Part shown: one piece after another, positions 41,941-51,928 of the stretch
How positions within the stretch are numbered: the stretch's first letter is position 1
Layout: every line of letters starts with the position of its first letter
Virus record (IMG/VR): IMGVR_UViG_3300032268_000832
Location: 124,001 to 188,000 of that record
DNA: 64,000 nt
Reading direction: 5' to 3' (one strand)
The notes under the pieces: model-generated
Told to the model about the DNA's origin: nothing
Databases searched by the model: none
Seen by the model: the letters and a program-made list of their open reading frames with translations, nothing else
Made by a program: the position numbers and the translations under genes

Positions 41941-44088
41941 ATGAGTTATATAATACAAAGTACTAGCCCGTTTGTTAGCATTAAATTAACACAAAAAGGT
42001 AGAGAACAATTAGCACAAGGTAAATTAAATTTTACATATTGGGCTGTTGGTGATTCTGAATTAAATTATGTTAGGGAAGCTAACGTAGACGCAAACCCAA
42101 CAGATGTTTCATTATCTGCAACAAGTGTTGTTATGAGACCAGTAGATAGAGAACCTAATCTTAAATATTTTGTTAAACCTAGCAATGCGTCTAGTCCTTT
42201 AAACACTATAGATGCAAGCGTTTTAAATGTTATCAAAGCACAAGTAAACAATGCTGCGACAGAAAGAGGGTTTTTCTCTAATTCTGGTGGTACATATACA
42301 ACTTTAACTGGTAGTACTTATACACCATTCACAACCACTGTGTCAAATAATGTATTAACTGGTGGCACTGTATTAAACATAACAATACCAACTGGAAGCA
42401 CAATTAACGTTGGTGATTTAATTTTGTTAAAATCGTCTAATACTAGTGCTGGTAACATAACAGTTAACGCGAACACAAAACCACTACCTAATTTATGGTA
42501 TAAGGTTCAATCAGTAGGTACGAATACTTTAACTTTAGATAGAAACTTACCTAATTTTTCTTCACAAACAACCACTAATCAAGTTATTGTTTATAGAGGT
42601 GGTGAGGTTTATAATACAATAGCAACTGGTAATACAACAGCTTATTGGGATACTGGTACTTTATCTTTTGATTCAGCTAACAATGTAACATGTTCAGATG
42701 TTCCCGTTTGGAATATGAATAATGTTTGGTGTGAAAATATAGCTGGTATCACTGGTTTAACATCTACAAATTTATATGAAGATTACACTAAATTTGGTTC
42801 TTATAATTTCTTAGGACAAAAACAACCATATTTTGAAATTGATTGTGAATCTGATAGCACAACAGGTCCAGCAACATGTGATGGTGTTGGCTTAAGTTAT
42901 TTAGACGATGTAAGCAAATCTATATCAATAGTTCATTATACAAATAACACAATTTCTAATTTATATGGTGAATATTTTTACACCGATTTAACGTCAGGTA
43001 AATATTTAAACATTACATTACCTGACTTGATGTATCATAGAACAACAGGTGCCACTGCTAGTGGTACTAGTATGGGTATGAATTTTATAGGGTCTGGTAG
43101 TACTAAATACATAACAAATACTGATATTGAATATATTGATTTAATAGAAGACCCAACAAAAATAAACACTGGGTTAACAGCTAATGTTGTTGGTAAAGTA
43201 TTCCCACAACTAAAAACAGTTGTGTTTACTGATGATGAAATTGTTTCAGCTATGTCATACAAATCAAATAGAAACTGGACATTACCAGAATTATCAGCAG
43301 TGTTACAAGCACCATCTGGTGGTACTTCTACAGGTGTGTTAGCAGTTGGTGAAACTATGTATATTTCATACGCATTAGAAAACAATTATAATAGCGGTTT
43401 AACTACTTCACTATCATGTCAAAAATACATAAAAATTACAAACAACACATCAACAGCAAAAGATGTTGCATTTAGAATAAATGGGACTGATTTATTAACT
43501 TATATGCGTAAGATAGAAAACGTTGGTTATGATGGGTATGGTTTTTATGCTGATACATTTAAGTTATTGTATCAAATAGTTGCTGAATCAACAACAAGAC
43601 CAGCATCTGGTAGTTGGAAACAATATGATTTTACATCAACAGCTATCACATCTGTTGCTAACAAAACGATAGACCCTAAATTATTAGAAAATCAAAACTC
43701 TAATATTACTGGTTTTATTTTAGATAAATTAAAAGATAACAACGCAACAACATACAATGCGATACAATCTTTAAATTTACCAGCAAATACAAACCCTACT
43801 TATTTACAATTTGGTGATGAAAGATTTTTCTATGGTAATTTAACAACGTACATTGGTGCAACAATTTACAAAACAATTTTTAACATTACGGTAAATGCGG
43901 GTCAGTTTAACTCTACTACAAACCCAACTAGAAGTACTAATCCAGCTACTAACCCAGCTACAATAAAAATAACTGAGGTTGGTATTTATGATTCTAGTAA
44001 TAATTTAGTTTGTATTGGTAAATTATCAACACCTATTCCTTTATCTGGAGGTAACACAATAATGCTAGAATTAAGTATGGATTTTTAA
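41941..44088 (+). CDS. Tail-collar / fibre-attachment-like protein
   Basis: N-terminal LTQKGREQLAQG..YWAVGDSE and C-terminal ITEVGIYDSSNNLVCIGKLSTPI, resembling the P2 gpH N-terminal/DUF3751-like fold. Confidence 0.6.
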   Translation: MSYIIQSTSPFVSIKLTQKGREQLAQGKLNFTYWAVGDSELNYVREANVDANPTDVSLSATSVVMRPVDREPNLKYFVKPSNASSPLNTIDASVLNVIKAQVNNAATERGFFSNSGGTYTTLTGSTYTPFTTTVSNNVLTGGTVLNITIPTGSTINVGDLILLKSSNTSAGNITVNANTKPLPNLWYKVQSVGTNTLTLDRNLPNFSSQTTTNQVIVYRGGEVYNTIATGNTTAYWDTGTLSFDSANNVTCSDVPVWNMNNVWCENIAGITGLTSTNLYEDYTKFGSYNFLGQKQPYFEIDCESDSTTGPATCDGVGLSYLDDVSKSISIVHYTNNTISNLYGEYFYTDLTSGKYLNITLPDLMYHRTTGATASGTSMGMNFIGSGSTKYITNTDIEYIDLIEDPTKINTGLTANVVGKVFPQLKTVVFTDDEIVSAMSYKSNRNWTLPELSAVLQAPSGGTSTGVLAVGETMYISYALENNYNSGLTTSLSCQKYIKITNNTSTAKDVAFRINGTDLLTYMRKIENVGYDGYGFYADTFKLLYQIVAESTTRPASGSWKQYDFTSTAITSVANKTIDPKLLENQNSNITGFILDKLKDNNATTYNAIQSLNLPANTNPTYLQFGDERFFYGNLTTYIGATIYKTIFNITVNAGQFNSTTNPTRSTNPATNPATIKITEVGIYDSSNNLVCIGKLSTPIPLSGGNTIMLELSMDF

Positions 44089-44100
44089 TATAATAAAAAA

Positions 44101-45303
44101 ATGGGATATAACAATACAGCCACAACACTTACATTAACTGCTAAATTAACACCGATAGGCAGACAAAAAATGATTTCAACAAATAATGGTTTAATAAAAA
44201 CTTTTAGTTTGGGTGATTCAGATGCTAACTACTACACCAATCTATTATTAGGAACAGGTGAAGTACCTAGTATAGCTGGTGATATAGGTGTTAATAACAC
44301 TAACAATAATAGTACAACTAAAGTTACAGGTATTAAAAATCCACTTATAGTTAATACTAGTGGATTACTAACTAAATCTGTAGGTACACAATCTACAAAT
44401 ATTTTAACAGAATCAGAATTAATTGGTTACACAACAATAAGTGGTAGTAATTTAAATTTTTCTGTTATCAATAGAACAGATTATACTACTGATAGTAAAA
44501 CAAATTTATATTATTCTTTCGGGTTACCGATAAACGATACAAACTTTACCACATTTACATCAACAACGGCAACAAATAACGGATACGCGAATACAGCATT
44601 TAGTGGGTTCGCGGTTAATAAAATTGTGGCAATTGCTATTAACGATTCTACTTATGGTGAATTGATAGATGGTAAATCTTTAAAAATTGAATTACCAACT
44701 AGTGCTGGAACATATACTATTTATTCTACTTATCAGTATAACACACAACCATTAAATATAATGGATAGTTTGTTAACCGATGGTAACCTTAAAAGTAGTA
44801 TGTTTGGTAACAATGTATCTATGTTAGTTTGTGATTCAATAAAAAAACCAAATGGTGGTGATTCTAGTTTAAGTTGGGCTACTGGTTACAACACAAACAG
44901 ACCTTTTAGTTATAACGGTAAAAAAGCATATAATTATCAAACAAATACAAATTTATCATTAACAGCGGATACCTTAGTTGGTATAGCGTATTTAGATAAA
45001 GGTTTTATCGTTATTACGGACCCTACAATCGTTAATAATTTTACATCATCAGCTAGTACAGCAACAACAGTTAGTTTCGATAGTCAATCAACAGGTGTTT
45101 ACCAAATAGTTAATTGTATTGCTGATAGAGGTGAATTTGGGTCATCAACTAACCCTACATTTGAATTTGATGATATCCCTAGAATTTCTGAAGTTGGTTT
45201 ATATGATGATGTTGGTAATTTAATAGCTTATGCTAAACCTGACCGACAAATATCTAAAAATATAAATGAATTTTTAGCTCTTTCAATAAAAATTAGTGTT
45301 TAA
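44101..45303 (+). CDS. Tail-collar / fibre-attachment-like protein (paralogue of previous gene)
   Basis: LTPIGRQKM..FSLGDSDANY and ISEVGLYDDVGNLIAYAKPDRQISK. Confidence 0.6.
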   Translation: MGYNNTATTLTLTAKLTPIGRQKMISTNNGLIKTFSLGDSDANYYTNLLLGTGEVPSIAGDIGVNNTNNNSTTKVTGIKNPLIVNTSGLLTKSVGTQSTNILTESELIGYTTISGSNLNFSVINRTDYTTDSKTNLYYSFGLPINDTNFTTFTSTTATNNGYANTAFSGFAVNKIVAIAINDSTYGELIDGKSLKIELPTSAGTYTIYSTYQYNTQPLNIMDSLLTDGNLKSSMFGNNVSMLVCDSIKKPNGGDSSLSWATGYNTNRPFSYNGKKAYNYQTNTNLSLTADTLVGIAYLDKGFIVITDPTIVNNFTSSASTATTVSFDSQSTGVYQIVNCIADRGEFGSSTNPTFEFDDIPRISEVGLYDDVGNLIAYAKPDRQISKNINEFLALSIKISV

Positions 45304-45330
45304 GACTTTATTTTTCACAATAAAGTCTTA
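45301..45330. repeat. Inverted repeat at the tail/recombination module boundary (possible terminator)
   Basis: TAAGACTTTATT-tttcac-AATAAAGTCTTA. Confidence 0.6.
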
Positions 45331-45350
45331 AATTACTATAAAAAAGTTAT

Positions 45351-46007
45351 ATGGAAGAAAAAGAACCACAATTTTTATTAGCATTGGATGTATCTACATC
45401 TACTATAGGTATTGCACTTTTTGAGGACAAAGGTAATAAGGGTGATATTAAACTATTACACCATGTCAGTCCTAAAGTTAAACCAAAACCTACAGATAAA
45501 ATGGAAGAACTTTTTAGAAAAGTTGAAATTTTTGAAAGTGAGTTCTTATCAAATTATGCTGATTTTGGTATAACTAAAGTAATCATTGAAGAACCTCTTC
45601 TTCAATCAAATAACGTATATACAATTGCAACTCTTTTAAGGTTCAATGGTATGATATCTAAATCGGTATACGATACATTGGGTGTTGTTCCAGAATTTAT
45701 TTCATCTTATGATGCTCGTAAATACGCTTTTCCAGATTTAATGGCGGTTAGAACTACTAAAAAAGATGGTACACCCTTAACAGAAAAACAAATATCAAAA
45801 AACACACCAGTTCTTTTTGGTGGTTACCCTTTTGATATTGATAAAAAATATGTTTTATGGGAAAAAGTTGCTGAATTAGAACCACAGATTAGTTGGTTTT
45901 ATGATAAAAACAACAAACTTAAAAAAGAAACTTTTGATACTTCAGATGCCTACGTATGTGGTCTAGCTTATTTCAACAAAAGAAATTTAGAAAATGAAAA
46001 TAAATAA
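45351..46007 (+). CDS. ruvC: RuvC-like Holliday junction resolvase
   Basis: LALDVSTSTIGIALF, VIIEEPL, FDTSDAYVCG (D/E/D/D catalytic set). Confidence 0.8.
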   Translation: MEEKEPQFLLALDVSTSTIGIALFEDKGNKGDIKLLHHVSPKVKPKPTDKMEELFRKVEIFESEFLSNYADFGITKVIIEEPLLQSNNVYTIATLLRFNGMISKSVYDTLGVVPEFISSYDARKYAFPDLMAVRTTKKDGTPLTEKQISKNTPVLFGGYPFDIDKKYVLWEKVAELEPQISWFYDKNNKLKKETFDTSDAYVCGLAYFNKRNLENENK

Positions 46008-46010
46008 ATT

Positions 46011-46042
46011 ATTGTAAATATAATTTTTTATTAGTATATTTG
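46011..46042 (+). promoter_or_regulatory. Bacteroidota-type promoter for primase
   Basis: ATTG(46011-14)-N20-TATATTTG(46035-42); ATG 4 nt downstream. Confidence 0.65.
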
Positions 46043-46046
46043 CTAG

Positions 46047-46988
46047 ATGAATTACTTAGCTAGCATATTTGAAAGTTTTTTAGGTGACCCTAGAAAACAC
46101 AACCACGATACTGGACAGATAGCCTTTGACTGTCCAGCATGCTCTGCTGATAAAGGTTTATATAATGGTGATGGTAAGGGTAATTTAGAACTCAATTACC
46201 ATAAAGGTGTATATAAATGCTGGGTTTGTTACGAAACAAATCACATGTACGGTTCTTTAGAAAATCTAGTTAAAAAATACGGAACTAAAAGTCACCTAAG
46301 AGAATATAATTTATTCAAACCAGAATACAACTACAATGGTTCTAAAAATTCAGAAAAAATAATTGTTAGATTACCAGAAGGTTATAAAAAATTATCAGAA
46401 TGTACCAAACTTGATTACAAATCAGATTTAGCTATAAAATATTTAAAAGATAGAGGTATTACCGATGAAATTATAAAAGAATATAATATCGGTTATACAA
46501 TATCTGGTGACTTCCAAAATAGGATAATAATACCTTCTTATGATTCTGATGGTAATGTTAATTATTTTATAGCTAGATGGTTTTTAAATAAAAAAACCAA
46601 AGTAAAATATCTTAACCCTCATGCTGAAAAATATGAAATAATATTTAATGAGAATAAAATAAATTGGGACACAACGATTTATTTAGTTGAAGGTGCGACT
46701 GACCATATTGTTGTACCTAATTCAATACCATTATTAGGTAAATTTATTAGTGATAAATTAAAATATCTATTACACGAAAAAGCTAAAGCGTTTGTTGTTA
46801 TATTATTAGATAGTGACGCTTATGATGATGCTGAAAGACTTTATTGGGAATTAAATACTGGTGATTTAAAAGACCGTATAAAAATATGTACACCACCAGA
46901 TGGTTATGACCCTTCCAGTGTATTTCAATATTTGGGTAATAGTGGTATTGTTAAGTTATTAATGAGTAGTCACAAATTAAAAGAATAA
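46047..46988 (+). CDS. DNA primase (DnaG-type, Zn finger + TOPRIM)
   Basis: CPAC..CWVC, YLKDRGI..YNIGY, RIIIPSY, KYLNP, IYLVEGATD, LLDSDA. Confidence 0.9.
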   Translation: MNYLASIFESFLGDPRKHNHDTGQIAFDCPACSADKGLYNGDGKGNLELNYHKGVYKCWVCYETNHMYGSLENLVKKYGTKSHLREYNLFKPEYNYNGSKNSEKIIVRLPEGYKKLSECTKLDYKSDLAIKYLKDRGITDEIIKEYNIGYTISGDFQNRIIIPSYDSDGNVNYFIARWFLNKKTKVKYLNPHAEKYEIIFNENKINWDTTIYLVEGATDHIVVPNSIPLLGKFISDKLKYLLHEKAKAFVVILLDSDAYDDAERLYWELNTGDLKDRIKICTPPDGYDPSSVFQYLGNSGIVKLLMSSHKLKE

Positions 46989-47020
46989 TTTGCATTTGGT
47001 ATAAAAATTTAGTATATTTG
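46989..47020 (+). promoter_or_regulatory. Bacteroidota-type promoter
   Basis: TTTG(46989-92)-N20-TATATTTG(47013-20). Confidence 0.7.
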
Positions 47021-47036
47021 TAATAAACTAAAAATT

Positions 47037-47819
47037 ATGTCAAATGCTAAACTATGGGTTGGTCCAGTCTACTTGGAACCAATTGAACACAAATATCATC
47101 ACAGAGAAACTGGTAAAATTTATAAATCAGTTACAACTACACTTACATCAATCGAACCACACTTTGACTCTGAAGCTGTATCGGCCGCTATTGTCAATCA
47201 ACCAAACAATGTAAAACAAGAACGATATATTGGTTTAACGCAACAACAAATACTTGATTATTGGCAAATGCTTAATGATGAAGCGAATGTGTATGGTACA
47301 AAGGTTCACGATATTGTTGAAAGATATTTGTTGGCCAACAAATGGTATTTTCCAGATGACACAGAAGAAGGTAAGTTTGAACAAAAAGTGATTGATGGTT
47401 TTAATGACTTGAAAATTGATGAAGGTATTGCAATGTGGCCAGAAAGAATTATGTTCTCTGAACAATATGAATTAGCTGGTATGTCTGACCTTATTATTGA
47501 TATTGATGATACTTACTTTGATGTTTGGGACTGGAAAACCAACAGAGAATTCAACTTCTTTAACCAATACGGTTATGAAACTCTTTTCAAACCATTCGAC
47601 CACTTACAAGCATGTCAATGGTCAATTTATACATTACAATTAAGTGTGTATGCTTACATGTATGAATTAGAATTTCCACATAGAAAATGTAGACAAATCT
47701 GTATTGGTTATTGGGATAAAGAAAAAATGAGTTTCCAAAAAATACAAATAATGTATCTTAAACATGAAGCCAAGAAGCTTATTGAGATGCACCACTATAA
47801 CTTAATGAAAAATGCATAA
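47037..47819 (+). CDS. PD-(D/E)XK exonuclease (Cas4/RecB-like phage nuclease)
   Basis: YKSVTT, GTKVHDIVE, PERIMF..LAGMSDL..DWKTN, YTLQLSVYAYM. Confidence 0.8.
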   Translation: MSNAKLWVGPVYLEPIEHKYHHRETGKIYKSVTTTLTSIEPHFDSEAVSAAIVNQPNNVKQERYIGLTQQQILDYWQMLNDEANVYGTKVHDIVERYLLANKWYFPDDTEEGKFEQKVIDGFNDLKIDEGIAMWPERIMFSEQYELAGMSDLIIDIDDTYFDVWDWKTNREFNFFNQYGYETLFKPFDHLQACQWSIYTLQLSVYAYMYELEFPHRKCRQICIGYWDKEKMSFQKIQIMYLKHEAKKLIEMHHYNLMKNA

Positions 47820-48081
47820 CAGAAGTTTATATGAACCCTTTAATGATGAACAATTATATAAAATTGTTCATGATGGTTGGTCAGAATTTAAAGTTGCTTT
47901 AACTCATGAATTAAAACATGGTACCGACCAAGTATTAACGTTATTAATGCAAAGCACTGCTAGTATTCTAATAATGGATAGAGAAGAATTATTAGATATG
48001 ATAGGTTTAATGGATAAATACATTTACAAATTAAATAAATACAACGAAGAAAATGGTAAAGAAGATAATACATCTCGCTGA
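47812..48081 (+). CDS. Hypothetical protein
   Basis: 89-aa ORF overlapping both neighbours. Confidence 0.5.
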   Translation: MHNRSLYEPFNDEQLYKIVHDGWSEFKVALTHELKHGTDQVLTLLMQSTASILIMDREELLDMIGLMDKYIYKLNKYNEENGKEDNTSR

Positions 48082-48865
48082 TATTCACATTAGAACTTTT
48101 CGCATGCACGAAGAGTATATGTCAGTATTCAAAAAATTAATTTCTGATTTAACAGATTTGTTAACAGAATATAAAAAAGAAGAAATTAGGGTGGTAATTG
48201 CTGGGGACTTAGTTCACCAAAAAATTGTAATCTCGAATGAGCAACTTATGCTTGGAACATGGTTTATTAGAAAACTTGAAGAAATAGCACCAGTTATTAT
48301 AATAGCTGGGAATCATGATTTGTTAGAAAATAATAAAGACCGTATGGATTCTATATCACCAATGGTTCAATTTTTATTCGACAAAAATGTGAATTACTTC
48401 AAAGAATCAAAGTGTTATTTAGATGATAACATCGTATGGTGTGTTTATTCTATTTTTGAAGAAAATTCTAGACCAGATATTGAAGGTGCTAGAGCTCAAT
48501 TTGGTGATGACAAAACATATATCGGTTTATATCACGCACCAGTACTCAACGCTAAAACAGATATAGGTTACGAGATTGACCATGGTGCTGCGTTGGAAGA
48601 GTTCGAGGGTTGTGATATGGTTATGCTTGGTGATATTCACAAAAGACAATCGTTCAACCATAAGGGGATACCAATAGCATATCCATCAAGTCTGATACAA
48701 CAAAACTTTGGTGAGAATGTAAGTAAACATGGATTCTTATTATGGGATGTTAAAACCAAAACATTTACAGAGCATGATGTTGAAAACAAAGCACCATTCT
48801 ATCAATTTAAAATAAAGTCCCTTGAAGACCTCGATAACGGGACAGAGGTATTAACTAATTTATAA
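48053..48865 (+). CDS. Mre11/SbcD/gp47-like metallophosphoesterase nuclease (core domain only)
   Basis: HLADIH, AGDLVH, IAGNHD, GLYH, LGDIH, YPSSLIQQNFGE; ends shortly after the nuclease core. Confidence 0.9.
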   Translation: MVKKIIHLADIHIRTFRMHEEYMSVFKKLISDLTDLLTEYKKEEIRVVIAGDLVHQKIVISNEQLMLGTWFIRKLEEIAPVIIIAGNHDLLENNKDRMDSISPMVQFLFDKNVNYFKESKCYLDDNIVWCVYSIFEENSRPDIEGARAQFGDDKTYIGLYHAPVLNAKTDIGYEIDHGAALEEFEGCDMVMLGDIHKRQSFNHKGIPIAYPSSLIQQNFGENVSKHGFLLWDVKTKTFTEHDVENKAPFYQFKIKSLEDLDNGTEVLTNL

Positions 48866-49095
48866 TGACATTAAACGAATTAAAAAAGTTTGTAAATGGA
48901 CTACCAGAAGAAATGGGTGAATGGTCTGTTGTAAACGGAGAAGTTGGGTATTTAGACCCTAGTGATGATAATTCTATGGTATATAGAATTGACAAACCAA
49001 TAATTGCTTTGTTTGTGGACCAAAGCTCACAAGAGATATGTTTATTCCATCAAACGCAAGAAGATGTAACAAATATGTTAGATGGAGGTGAATAA
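48865..49095 (+). CDS. Hypothetical protein
   Basis: 76 aa, TAATG-coupled. Confidence 0.5.
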   Translation: MTLNELKKFVNGLPEEMGEWSVVNGEVGYLDPSDDNSMVYRIDKPIIALFVDQSSQEICLFHQTQEDVTNMLDGGE

Positions 49096-49501
49096 AGAAT
49101 TAAACGATGAAATCTGGAACTATTGTAGAGCAAACAATATAACGAATATAGATGAATTTATGTTGAAATGTTTAAAACAAGGTTTCACATCTGAAAAGTT
49201 TGGTGCAACACCAACCACAAAAGAAAAAATTGTTGAGAAAGAGGTTGAAAAGATTGTAGAAGTACCTATTGAAAAAATTGTAGAAGTAATTGTTGAGAAA
49301 GAAGTTTTCATAACTGATAACAAAGAAATGAAAAAACTAACCAAAGAGATTGATAAGTTAAACGGTGTGATAAAAACAACAGCTGAAAACAAAGATAAAG
49401 CTATAGGTGAATTAGCTGCTCTTGAAATTGAACACAAAAAGTTAAAAATAGAATTAGAACAAGAAAAAAAGAAAAAGAAAACAGATTTGTATGGCGAATA
49501 A
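49082..49501 (+). CDS. Coiled-coil protein with EKIVE repeats
   Basis: KEKIVEKEVEKIVEVPIEKIVEVIVEKEV followed by a coiled coil. Confidence 0.55.
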   Translation: MEVNKELNDEIWNYCRANNITNIDEFMLKCLKQGFTSEKFGATPTTKEKIVEKEVEKIVEVPIEKIVEVIVEKEVFITDNKEMKKLTKEIDKLNGVIKTTAENKDKAIGELAALEIEHKKLKIELEQEKKKKKTDLYGE

Positions 49502-51866
49502 CACACAACACATGACTGACAATTTAAATTTGTTATCATCAAACGCTAAGATTAAAATCTATTGGGATGATTTACCTCATAATTATAGTCGCGAAGCTAA
49601 GAATAAAATTAAAAATTATTTTGCTTCTAAGTATGGTTTTAACAAAAACAATATAAATATTGTTTACCGTCCAGTTAAAAGAACGGCAAATGGTGACGTT
49701 ATTGAAATTACTGGTGCTGGTATTGAAAACATCATGGATGTTAATTACCAAAGAAGTCTTATGCGAGAGTATTTAGACAGAGAGGGTAAAAACATTGATT
49801 TTAATAGAATCGTTGCTTTAGATGAGAAAGTAAACGGTGAGTTAAATATCGATTTAAATAATATCCAACATAAGACTTGGTCTATAAAATGGATAATGAT
49901 TGATAATTTTTTATCTTTTGGTGAACAAAATTATGTTCCATTTACAAAACTTAAAGGGTTGACTATTGTTAATTCAGTCCCTAGTAATCAAGGTGGTAAA
50001 ACGTCACTTACAATTGACGCTATTAAATTTTTATTACATGGTAACACAACTAAGACCGATACCAACGAACAAATATTTAATCAATTTTCAGATAAGAATG
50101 AATTGGTTGTTAGAGGTATGATTGAAATTGAAAATGAAGAAACAATCATTGAGCGTAAAATGAGAAGAACCGCCAAAAAAGGTGGTGGTTGGACAGTTAC
50201 CAATAAAGTAAACTACTATAAGATTTTACCAGATGGTGATGAGGAAGAATTAAATGAAGAGGACGCTAAACAAACGACTAAAAAAATAAAAGATAGTATT
50301 GGTTCTGAAAAAGATTTTGAAATGCTTGTATTAGCAACTGAAAAAAACTTAGATGAACTTATTGGTCTTACAACAACTGAATCTGGTAAAGTATTAACTA
50401 GATTAATTGGTTTAGAAGTTTTAGAATTGAAAGAAACCATTTCTCGTTCAATGTATAATGAATTTGCTAAAAAGAAAAAATCTAACGAATATGATGTTAT
50501 TACATTAAAACAAGAAATTGAAGACCACGAAACTAAAATTCAAGATTTACAAGATTTAGAACAAACACTTAACGAAAGTCTAGAAACTTATAAAAATAAA
50601 ATTAAAGAGCTAGAAGATGAACGAGATGGGTTATTATCAAATAAACAAACAATTGATGTAACTATATCAGAAATGAATCCAGAGTCCCTAGAAGAGACTA
50701 TTAAGGTGTTAACTAAAAAAGGTGTCACGATTAACAATAAAGTGTCTGTAATCAAAGAAGAATTGGTTAAAATAGGTGATATAAGTTTTAACGAAGACAT
50801 TCATCACCAGCTAACAAAACATTCAGCTTCTTTAAATACAAAATTAGCTTTAAAAGAAGCTGAGATTAAAAGATTACAAAAAGTTATTTCAAGTTTAATA
50901 GCTGGTGGTATATGTCAGTCATGTAATAGAAAACTTGATGATGTAGATAATTCAGAACACATAGCGAGTCATGAGTTAGAGATTGAAAAATTATTAAAAG
51001 AGGTTGAACAAACCGAAAAAGAATTAAAATTAACTGAATCTGAACTAACATCGTTAAACACAACTAAAAAATTAGTTGATGAAAAAAATAAAAAAGAGTT
51101 AGATATTGATAGGTTTGAGGTTGAAATGGGTGGTTTAAGAAATAAAATCATAGAAAAGAAAAATGACCTTAAAAAATACAATTTAAATTTAGATTCAATT
51201 ACTTTGAATAGAAAATTAGATATTCAGATTACTAAAATAAAAACAGATTTGAATGTTGAGAATTATTCTAAAGATGAAACTATTAAAAAAATTGAAAGAA
51301 TCCAATCTGACTTAAAAATTAACGCTGAAAGCATAGTTAACAAAAATAAGTTAATAACAACGATTCAGAAAGAAGAAGAAATTGATAAAATTTTCAAACT
51401 ATACATTGAATTAGTTGGTAAAAAAGGTATTAGTAAATTAGTTTTACGTTCTGTATTGCCGATAATTAATTCTGAATTACAAAGATTGTTAGAAGATGTT
51501 GTAGATTTTGAAGTTGAGATATTTATTAATGATAAGAATGATGTTCATTTCATGTTAACCAAGGATAATGTTCAAAAATTATTAAAATCTGGGTCTGGGT
51601 TTGAAAAAACAGCTGCTAGTTTAGCGCTAAGAGCCGTATTAGGTAAATTATCAACATTACCTATGCCTAATTTTATAACCTTTGATGAAGTGTTAGGTAA
51701 AGTAGCGCCAGAGAACTTAGAGAAATTAAAAACATTATTTGATAAAATAAAAGACATGTATGAGATTGTTTTCTTTATAACACATAACGATTTAGTTAAA
51801 GACTGGTCGACAAAAAATATCACGGTAGTGAAAAACAATAACATTTCAACAGTTAAGATATCATAA
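49491..51866 (+). CDS. Rad50/SbcC/gp46-like SMC ATPase with ~125-aa N-terminal extension
   Basis: IDNFLSFGE, Walker A variant SNQGGKTS, Zn hook CQSC, signature GSGFEKT, Walker B ITFDEV, ITHN. Confidence 0.9.
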   Translation: MANNTQHMTDNLNLLSSNAKIKIYWDDLPHNYSREAKNKIKNYFASKYGFNKNNINIVYRPVKRTANGDVIEITGAGIENIMDVNYQRSLMREYLDREGKNIDFNRIVALDEKVNGELNIDLNNIQHKTWSIKWIMIDNFLSFGEQNYVPFTKLKGLTIVNSVPSNQGGKTSLTIDAIKFLLHGNTTKTDTNEQIFNQFSDKNELVVRGMIEIENEETIIERKMRRTAKKGGGWTVTNKVNYYKILPDGDEEELNEEDAKQTTKKIKDSIGSEKDFEMLVLATEKNLDELIGLTTTESGKVLTRLIGLEVLELKETISRSMYNEFAKKKKSNEYDVITLKQEIEDHETKIQDLQDLEQTLNESLETYKNKIKELEDERDGLLSNKQTIDVTISEMNPESLEETIKVLTKKGVTINNKVSVIKEELVKIGDISFNEDIHHQLTKHSASLNTKLALKEAEIKRLQKVISSLIAGGICQSCNRKLDDVDNSEHIASHELEIEKLLKEVEQTEKELKLTESELTSLNTTKKLVDEKNKKELDIDRFEVEMGGLRNKIIEKKNDLKKYNLNLDSITLNRKLDIQITKIKTDLNVENYSKDETIKKIERIQSDLKINAESIVNKNKLITTIQKEEEIDKIFKLYIELVGKKGISKLVLRSVLPIINSELQRLLEDVVDFEVEIFINDKNDVHFMLTKDNVQKLLKSGSGFEKTAASLALRAVLGKLSTLPMPNFITFDEVLGKVAPENLEKLKTLFDKIKDMYEIVFFITHNDLVKDWSTKNITVVKNNNISTVKIS

Positions 51867-51881
51867 TTTACACTAAAAAAG

Positions 51882-51912
51882 TTGTAAATTAAAGAAAAAA
51901 ATCATATCTTTG
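51882..51912 (+). promoter_or_regulatory. Bacteroidota-type promoter
   Basis: TTG(51882-84)-N20-TATCTTTG(51905-12). Confidence 0.6.
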
Positions 51913-51928
51913 TAAAAAAACTTATATT

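Noticed and set aside
36-45303. Extracellular contractile injection system / T6SS locus of a bacterium
   Set aside because: The baseplate genes are interleaved with gp32-like SSB, UvsX, primase, gp46/47 and an endolysin, with no bacterial housekeeping context. This fits a phage.
47037-47819. Cas4-like nuclease as evidence of CRISPR-Cas
   Set aside because: No repeat-spacer array or other cas genes are seen, and there is no Cas4 four-Cys Fe-S pattern. PD-(D/E)XK exonucleases are common in phage recombination clusters.
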